Origin: Hormiphora californensis
Lineage: Eukaryota; Animalia; Ctenophora
Length of the DNA: 64,000 nucleotides
NCBI GenBank assembly: GCA_020137815.1
Contig: CM035351.1
Location: forward strand, 6,572,001-6,636,000
Direction: 5' to 3'
The notes below the pieces were generated by a model. The model ran no database searches, was not told where the DNA came from, and worked only from the letters and a program-made list of their open reading frames with translations. The position numbers and the translations under genes are program-made. Each line of letters begins with the position of its first letter. Position 1 is the stretch's first letter. This document shows positions 54,903-64,000 of the stretch, piece after piece.

Positions 54903-55574
54903 CTTGTATAAACCTCCCGGTATATTTGTGTGACAGAAAAGTGGTCAGCTGAAGACGGTTTATAATGCGAGATTGTGCCAGGAACTGGCAGTCTCTGGAG
55001 AGACAAGAAGAGAGATGAATGATGCTCTCTGTATCTTTCTCAATTATTAATTCTGAATCTTTTTACCACAGTCTTTAGAATCTGTTTATAAGTTCTTGAT
55101 TTAATGTTACTTAAAAAAATCTGAGGTTTTTCTCTTTGGAGTCGATGAAAGGAAGCCGGAGAGATCTGTCGAGGATCTGTCTGCTGGCGAAAGAAAGTGT
55201 GTTCAGATGGGGTCCACGGTGCCAGACAGGGAGAGAGAGGGAGGCAGTCGACTGCAGTCGCTCTTCTAACCTCTTTACAATACATGAGTTAAAACCCGTG
55301 TGAAGTTGTCGCGTTTATGATAACCCTTTCCGGCTTCCAATGGCCGGTCCATTGAACCAAATAAAAGGTGTCTGTTTTTAGAAATATCAAAAATAAATAA
55401 TAAAATTGATGTATCAATACTGGTGTGCGTCTAGCACTAACATGTGTATGTGACAACAATGCACTTTAGTAAATAACTTACATATCTTCTCTCTAAAGCA
55501 TGCACATTACAACAAACTATACTACTGTACCCCTATAACATTTCCAAAACTTGTTAATATATCACAGTCCCATA

Positions 55575-56735
55575 TTATACCACCCTCCGTACTTCAAAGA
55601 ACCGCTTTAGATAGTATATCTGTCCCAGAGACATCGCCAGTAGGACCAGTGCCTCAAAGAATGCCCACCAAACCACTCTCGTGTTCGTGGAATTGTTAAC
55701 TGAAAATAGAAAATGTGACAGCTTGTTTGTTTACACACCTGACACCGACAGAATGTGACACAAGAATTATGGAGCACCCCTTACGGGATCGGTCGTGCGC
55801 GCTATGCTGACAACTAAACTTTGTACAGATGGGACGCGCCGCGCACTGCATACTCTCACACCCCGTGACTTCAGTGTTACGTGTACCGATCCACATGAGT
55901 GTGTGTGTGCCTCTCTCTCTCTTTCTTCAACTGCCCATTCATCTTGGGCATATAACACGAGAGATAAGAAAGGGAGATATTACTTTATCTCAACTTACTC
56001 ATAGAGTGGGTCCTGTCCCTGACTTCCATATATTCCTGGTCGTGTTTTACCCCAACTAGAGCTGTTCGGAGCTCACTCAATTGCTCAGCTAGCTTATCGT
56101 GATCTGAGGGAGTGGAAACGGGCTCAATAATAACTAAAATATTACTCATTTCTAGTCCGGGAGTAGAGTATAAAAACGGGCTCAAGATTAAGCTTGATAT
56201 TACTAGTTCCTAGGTGTAAGTGGGAATACCTTTGTCAATAGAATCAGCATGGTCCTCCTTATGATGATCCATCACCAATATCCATACTAAACATAACAAC
56301 CTTCGCAGTCATCTTGCTCATTGTATTACTAAAACAGTATTTATATTGCCCGTCCATATAGGCACTGAACGCATATTTACCACTACTCTCCCTGCTCCCC
56401 TTATACACAGACTTTCCCTCTGGACCAAATATCTGGAAATGGGAGGTATGTAAACAAGAAAATTTGATAATTTTAGATAATAATGTTGGGTAAAATTAGA
56501 GAAAACAACGATTTGGCAGTACTAAAATTCAATTAATTTGAAAACCTACCGATACATCGATATCAAGGAACCCTCCCTCTGCCACTTCGAATGTTAAGGT
56601 CATTTTAGTTCCACTGGTGGCTGTGTCGAAGAAGCAGGTTTCCGTTTTAGGATCCACAGATGTAAAGAAGGAGTGTGCACTGGCCAGCAGCATGGATAGG
56701 AGGAGAAGGAGTTTCATCGGGAACAACTGGGTCAT
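55575..56735 (-). CDS. TMED2: p24 family cargo receptor TMED2, 4 exons
   Basis: [94 protein letters not shown]-stop. Confidence 0.95.
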
Positions 56736-57031
56736 AACTAGGAAGATACTAAATAGTTATTGAAATCTTAACACACCCTCAACATCCCCTTCAAGACAAG
56801 ATAAACTATGAGCTCCAAAAGTTCTAATCAAAGAATATAAATCTCATGGATATACAGCTGGAGAAAGAATATAAATCACTTGTGAAGACATTTGGAGAGT
56901 TGTCGCGGATTTTACTACACACATATATTTACAAGAAAAGCAGCATTGTAGTCTATCTGTGGCGATATATTTGATCAACACTTGACCAGACAAGATTAAG
57001 AAAGACACTGAAATCGGAGAAACTAAACTCT

Positions 57032-60000
57032 TCACCGTAGGATCTGCCTATCCTCAGCCTCTGAAAAACTCGTATAAAAAAGAAGATAAGCTTCTTTTTT
57101 CTGAGTCTGAGATGCTCTCATGGGTCGAATCACGTGATCATCATACGTGAACCAATCCCCACTGGCAGGATTCCGGGCACAACCAATATAATGTCCACCC
57201 TCGAGTGTACCAGTATGGTTAGTTACCCCAAATAACCTATACACCTTCCTCTCACGCTCATTGGACACCCACTGACCCCTGGATCCCTGGGCCGCAAAGC
57301 TATCGACTGGAAAGTTAACCATGTTTGATATCTTATCCCGCCACATTCCCGAATAACTAAACCTCTTCAGGATCACCACTAGAATCTTGGGCAACCTCCA
57401 TACTGTGATATCTTTATAAGCCTTGCCCATCACTTTGCACTTTTCACACCTCCATTCTATCTCCTCGGGCTGCACAAAACAATCAATACAATCCTGAAGA
57501 GTGACCGTTCCCTTCCCAGGTATGGGTACAGTCAGATACATAAAGCTATCAAATGCAGTTGATATAAATCCACATTTGGCGCATTTTGTTCGACTCCGGA
57601 ACTGCCCCTGGAAGAGATCTACAATGACAGAGTCGTTTCGGGCAGTATACTGCTGCCAGGCGATCTGTCCCGCCTCGTGGGGATCCATTTTATTGTAGTC
57701 AACTTCTTTCTGTCGCTGCGGCTTTTCTATCACCTGAGAGAAAAACGGGATAAACACAAAACAGACACAACATAACTCTCCCAGTCTTGTCTCCAGTATT
57801 TGTGTTTAGTAGACACTGTCTACTAAATTCAAAATTTGACTCACCCTATTAAGATCCTCGTGTAGTGCATCCAGCATGAAACTAGTAAACTCCTGACTAT
57901 CCTTCTGAGTAAAATCCAGGAACTGAGGACGGAACTTTCCGATGGCAACCTTCCAATCTTTGGGCGAGAAGTGTCGTATCTCATTGCCCCACATACAGTG
58001 AATCAGGAAGGCATATTCCTTCGCCACTAGACCTTGTGTTCCCAGGGGGTTGCTCGGATTTACCTCTTTCTTATAATCCCCAGCAAGGAAATACCGGGTT
58101 AGTGGTGCTATGGCTGAGAGACACTGTAGTACCGCGTTCATGAAGCAGGTGTTGCCGATATTCTTCAACCCACACGCACCCCGCTGTACTGAACCATAGG
58201 AGGGACTCGCCCGGAGACGTTTCTCCTCGAATTCCTCCCGGGATAATGGTTTAACTGTCCGGTTAACAGTGGGTCGTGGTCCATCAGGCTGTTTGGGCTG
58301 TTGTGGCTGGGGTTTAGGAGGGAGAGATTGTGGTTGGGGTTTAGGAGGGAGAGATTGCGGCTGAGGTTTAGGAGGGAGTGATTGTGGTTTAGGAGGGAGA
58401 GATTGTGGCTGGATCGTTGGATGTTGTTGGGGCTGCACTGGCTGGAGGGGCTGCTGCTGAGGAGGAGATTTAGGTTGTTCAGGAAGTGGCCGGATTGGCT
58501 GGGATCTGGAGGGTTTCAGGGGCTGTGACATGGCAGGGATTGAAGGGGCAGAATGTCTGGCTGTTACAGGAACCGGATCCTCTGGAAGTGTCCTGAAAGA
58601 GGGAAGTAGTCAAACTCATTACTAATTTTACCCACTGCTCAACTTTTTTCATTCTAATTCTTAGCTCTAATTCTATAAATCGAGCTGCTTCAAGCGTAAA
58701 ATCTGTCTTACCTAGGAATTAAGGGTTTGCTAGACCTATCAATAGTGGGTTTATTGAAACTAGACACGTCTGCATACTCCGCGGTATGAGGAGCAGCGGG
58801 ACGGATCTCAGGGGCAATATCCCTAGATCGGGGTATCCTCTCCACCTCAGCGTATATCGGCTCTACCACCTTCTGTAATAAAGAGGAGTGTTTTAGGGTG
58901 TTTTTTGAGCATGCCAACAAGTAAGCTGTCATACACGCGATATGATAACTTGAATGAGTATGGTTGAAATTTAAAGGATCTTTTTGCAGTGAAATAGGGG
59001 GATTTTGCCTTGTTCGACCCTCTCTCAAAGGGTTGTAACAAAGCATGGGGGATTACTCAACTGTTCATCATAACAAACCTCTTTGATGGCAGTGGTGGCA
59101 GAACTACTTGAATCCCCTATCACTGTTCCACCTCCATACTGGTTGATCTGTATATTCTGAACGGGCATGTTTATCTGCACGTTCCTATGTGATGACGTCA
59201 TATCGTCCACTGGTTCAGGTTCGGGTTTTAGGAGTATGGTAGCCCGAGACTCCATGTCTTTATTGAGTGTAGGGTAGATGGGCTCACTCTCCCGGGGAAT
59301 GGTGGAGAGAACTGGGGGTGCTGATCTCCTGAAGGGGGCAGTGGGGTTGAATTGTTCATACAGTGTCAAGCCGCAAGCGACTCAACAGTGGGGTTAGTTA
59401 AAGGTGGGATATGAAGAGTGAAGACTGAATAGTAAAAGAGACATGTATGTACATCAATTACAGACCTGTGAATGGTTTATCAAGTTACATACCTTGTGGT
59501 AGGTTTAACAACTTTGTATCTCCGGGCCAGATCAGGGTTAGTACACTGTCTTGGGAAGTGTTCTGCCCAGGATAGGTAGCCACCATCTAATATCTGAAGA
59601 AGAGTATCAAATAGCATGAGTAGGTAGATCATAAGATGTATGTTTAGGAATGTCTGTCGAGTGTGACGACAACAGATGGATGTATCCAATAGTACAGACA
59701 GTGGGTGGGGTGCCAACTGAGTTAACACTGTACCAGCTGATACAGCTGATGGCAAATTGTTTCCTGAAGGAACTCCCTAAACCCTTCTCTAGGCTCTACA
59801 GAAGGGTCTAGATATTGTCTGAGGAAGCCTAGAAAGGTTTGGAGATTGTCTAGGGAGGGCCAGAAAGGTTTAGAGATTGTATTGGGAGGCCGGGGTAGTA
59901 CACTACCTTTGGTAGGTCGGCTGATGTGGAAGTAAGACAATCCACAGCACACTCCCTGACAATATTTATAGGATGGTTTGGCACCTCTCTTGTATCCTGA

Positions 60001-61391
60001 TATGAGCTGTCATTGTCAAACACAACTATCAAATCATAATCATCCCTCTTCTTCCAGAGATCTTTGTGGGCCTTGACCAGGATCAATTCCGCTAACTCAC
60101 TTGCAGTTAGCCTGAGAACGGAATGGAGGGAAGACATTACAATTTGAGAACAGAAAATTAACAAAACGTTACATGACATATGCCGGTAATATATTTACTT
60201 GGTGGTAAGATCAAGGTAATTCCTGCATATCAGTATCACTGGGAGGCACTTCATGTGACTGTCCTTGAATTGATCTAGTCGTCTCACGTCAATCATCAAC
60301 ACCTGGGTAATTCGATGATTAGAATTATCACAATATTGATGGTTATCTGCTGTTTAGTTTTCGTAACTTTCAAGTTTCCTACCTTTAGTTTAGCATCAAT
60401 AATCCAATTTAGCTCCACAGCAGTTAGGTTCGGCTCTTTCGGTATCATATCTGAATAGATCATTAAATCTTAATTGTGGTCAATTTTACGAATCTAAATG
60501 ATCAACTGATAATTCGCCAATATTACAATTAATTTGTTTGACATTATTATTGATTATTCACTAGTATAATTACCTTTTGGTGTTCGTCCGTCAGGGATAA
60601 GAGGTGTTTGTCCACTGGAAAAGATAGCGAAAGCATCAACAGGAGGTCTACTTGCTTCAATTCGTAGCTGTTCCATTTCTTGGATCTCTCTTTCCTTCTC
60701 TTCAGCCGCTTTTCTTGCCTCTTCCTCTCTTTTACTTTTTTCTTCTTCAGCTCTACGAATCTCTTCGTAAACCTTTTCCAACTTCGTTTGCAGCAAATTG
60801 ATCCGTTCTAGAACCTTTGTTACTCGATCCCGGGTAAAATTAACTCTAAACTCGTCCTGTAACATTGTAACAATAGGTTAATATAATAGAGAATTCACTT
60901 CATATCACAATGGATCGATGTGGGCAGGAGTCAGGACACCAATTCAAACTACTATATTTTAACAATCAACAATAAGTTATACCATGACGTTTTGCTGTTT
61001 GTTGATGTACACAGCAGTAGCTTGTATTTGTTGGAAGAGCATCCCAAACTTGTAGTAGTACATGTAAGCTCTCTCATGGTCCCCCTTTTCTGTACTCTGA
61101 CTCGGCAGAACTGTAGATGGTACTGGCTGCTTTGATGTACCTCAATGTCCTGCAATTATTATTGATATTATTATTTATTCTATATAAAACACCATTTTGT
61201 GAGCAAAAATAGGGTCATTTAATAGCATCGACTCCGAAGGTGATCCTGGAAAGAGGGGGTGTAGTGAGTTCGATATTCTATCCAATATAACAGACTATGG
61301 AGTCTTACGTTTTAGAGTCACATTTGGGCGGGATATCTATACCAGCTTTATCCTGTAATTCTTCCACTGATTTTGCAATCTTGACCCTCAT
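57032..61391 (-). CDS. USP8: Ubiquitin-specific protease 8 (N-terminal MIT/dimerisation domain, rhodanese, Pro-rich linker, USP domain)
   Basis: GLKNIGNTCFMNAVLQCL, QKDSQEF..LDALHEDLNR, NHTGTLEGGHY; rhodanese exons (LIDVRR, LWKKRDDYDLIVVFD, ILDGGYLSW); start MRVKIAKSVEEL. Confidence 0.92.
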
Positions 61392-62345
61392 TTTATCTCA
61401 AGTATTCACTGCCATTATATCACCCATACGATGTTCAAAAAGACATCCTAGGCAGTTAGTATAGTCAGGTAATATGTGATATCTAGAACACGAGCAGATC
61501 GTAGAGCATATCGGAGACCATAGCAAGGAGCTACGCGATCGGCTTAACGAATTTCATTTGATTTCTTTGTTAGCTGATTATCTCACTGAAAAGCGGATAA
61601 TAAAGTCCAATTTTTAACAATTCACTCCCCCCCTTTTCGTGCATGGATTTTTTCTGGCACACCAGTGCATGGTGTACATGTGGTGCGTGAATAAGTTTGT
61701 TCTCTGGCGTTTATTCAGTAGTGATTAACACGTATGGAGTGTTTATGGCTTCGATAGAGAGGATGAGAGTACAACGGATTTCAAAATTTAGAAAGAAAGG
61801 AGAAAAAAAAATTAAAAAGATTGTCTCAAAATCCCTGTAAAATTTTTAAATCTCAAGTTCAGATGAGCCGCGCGCGGGATGTAATGACGCGCGGCGCGTT
61901 TTATATTTGCGCGTGTAACGCGCGCCGTATTTTTCAACTACTGTTTTCTAGTTTCACCTTCCAGTTTGCTTCGCGCGTTCCGTCAAAGTGATAGTTCATA
62001 ATAATGTTACTGATATTAGCTATTGATTACTATTTGTGGTCAGTGCCCGCTATTCTAAGAGGATAATCTTTCAGCTTATGTTTGTGGACAAATTAAAAAC
62101 ACAAATATTATATCATTGTCAGCTTTCAACAAATTAGATAAAATTAAACTGTAAAATCAAGAAGCGTTTGTTGTGTTGATTATATTTATTAAACTTGAAT
62201 GACAATTCAGCATTTCGTGTCACAAAAAAAAGCATATTAGAACCAGGGACCAGGGTGATGAAAGGGAAATTTAGTGATATGGAGTGAATTAAAAATGCTG
62301 TTCACAATTTGTAATGTTAATCACAATCCGGCCTCATAGTTCATT

Positions 62346-63423
62346 TTAAACACTGGTTAAACTCTCAGATTGTGGAGTGTCCGTACACACGTTAACCAGC
62401 CGATGGGGAATATCTGGCTCCGATTTGTAGCGAGGTGGGGGAGATGAAGTTGCAATCTCCGAGTAGGCAGGGGGTAATCGCTGTATCTCTTCATGGTTTA
62501 GTCCGCGGTGTTTTTTGTGGCAGTGGCGGAAAATGGTGAAGATGAGAAGGACAGAGATAACTGAAACACACCCGGAGATCGATGTTGCAATAATGATAAC
62601 AGTGGTTAGGTTGCTACACGTCTCTGGAGAATCTGATGGGGGGGGGGTTGTCATGTTTAACTGCATCCTTTGAGAGAATGTCACGAGATGCCCTTTTACT
62701 TTGAGAAAGGGAGAAACATTAAGAAAGTGAGAGATGGAGAGAGGGCCAATAATTATGAATAGTGGAGAATTCGAGTGGCGAGAGTAGGCCCTAAACGATT
62801 AGTTCTAAGAGGGATTAGAAAGTTCAACTTCGCGTGTTTTCTATGCTACTGAAATTATACGAATATTACAGGAGCCAAGATTATCCTGATAAGGAGGTAT
62901 GAAAATATCCTCGTGATCAGGGGTAACTCGAGAAGATAATGGAGGATTAGAGGGGTGCAAAAGTTATTAATCGAGCCTGAATTACTACGACCATTATCAA
63001 AAAGTCGAAAAGTCTGTGTGTCTTAATTTTGAATATCAACTGACCTAGGCACGTAGTTGAGTTGCAGATATTACAGTTGGTTTCATCTAGTCCGTTAGGG
63101 CAGTCACTAAACCCATCGCACACTAGAGAACACGATAAACATCCAGATCCGCACTTGAACTGTTCAGCTCCACATGTATACGCTGTAGAAAGACATGTGT
63201 GTGTGTGTGTGTCAACACAATTCAAGATTCCTGGCTAACTAACAAGTTACAGAACTACAATTTAGACTTTGCTGTAACTATAATTTAGACTCGGGTGTGT
63301 AATTCCTGACTTACAGCAGTTTTGTTCATCAGACTTGTCAGTACAGTCGGCAACTCCGTCACATAACCAGGAATCAGGGATGCACCTTTTATCGCAGGTG
63401 GAGTAGCCAGAGGAGCAGTTACC
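62346..63423 (-). CDS. LDL-receptor class A repeat single-pass membrane protein with PPxY motifs (LDLRAD3/4-like); 5' end not identified
   Basis: Two LDLa exons ([23 protein letters not shown]; [16 protein letters not shown]), TM helix, cytoplasmic PPAY and PPPRY. Confidence 0.8.
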
Positions 63424-64000
63424 TGAATTTGGAGCGTGAGTAGTTGCTATATTGTGCAGTGTACTACAAGGTACAAGCCGAATATATATTGGGTGCGATA
63501 CCTATATTATGTATACTAGTAAGCCCGCTCGCCCTACGGGCGAATGTCGGGGATGGTCATACAGTAAACTAAGTAAATAGTGTAGTATCATTTGAAATTT
63601 TTTAAATCAGTAAGTTTATCAGGTAAATTAACCACAGGGATTCTTTCGACAGAAAAACCACGGGTCCTCTTTTGCCAGGTCCTGAAGTATTTTATGAAGG
63701 AGCACATTTGTAAAATACTTTCACTTTGCATCCTCAAATCAGTACTCATTCAAATTCGAGGCTACCGAGGGTCTCTACCATTCTATCCTGATCTAATAGA
63801 TATGAATCTAGTACCTTTATTCCTTTTATAAATCACGTTATTAGTATAACCTATTTCTATATATTTTGCGAGATGTTGTATAACATGACATTATAAATTT
63901 GTTCTATCTTTTCCCTGAAAAAAATACTTTCACGTATTACTTTCATTTCTTATTAGTGCCATTGATACTTTGTTATTACGTGTGTTGACAACAATTTTGA

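Overview
Eukaryotic (metazoan) genomic DNA from a compact genome with short GT-AG introns; a ctenophore-like animal is only a guess. Host genes in order: UBR1/2 N-terminus (-), then six tightly spaced + strand genes (hnRNP K-like KH/RGG, C17orf75/Njmu-R1, BRAT1, FAM221A, PDSS1, NEDD4), SSR2 (-), a PH-SH2 adaptor (+) with a nested SLC35G/EamA gene, TMED2 (-), USP8 (-) and an LDLa-TM-PPxY protein (-). The most unusual structure is a TSD-delimited nest at 827-6310. A MULE-like MITE contains a 5'-truncated LINE, which contains a Merlin-like non-autonomous element (GG ends, 8-bp TSD, TIRs with tandem repeats). That element carries a copy of the neighbouring promoter and an intact, C-terminally rewired copy of the KH/RGG gene, including the empty version of the site the whole nest occupies. 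Also notable: operon-like gene spacing with splice acceptors directly before start codons (possible SL trans-splicing), a shared motif at both divergent gene junctions, a 2.4-kb duplication of the converging NEDD4/SSR2 3' ends, a near full-length L2 LINE and many MITE/foldback elements. The assembly shows many 1-bp indels and a homopolymer-garbled segment (about 36.4-38.6 kb), so frameshifts are not taken as pseudogenisation.
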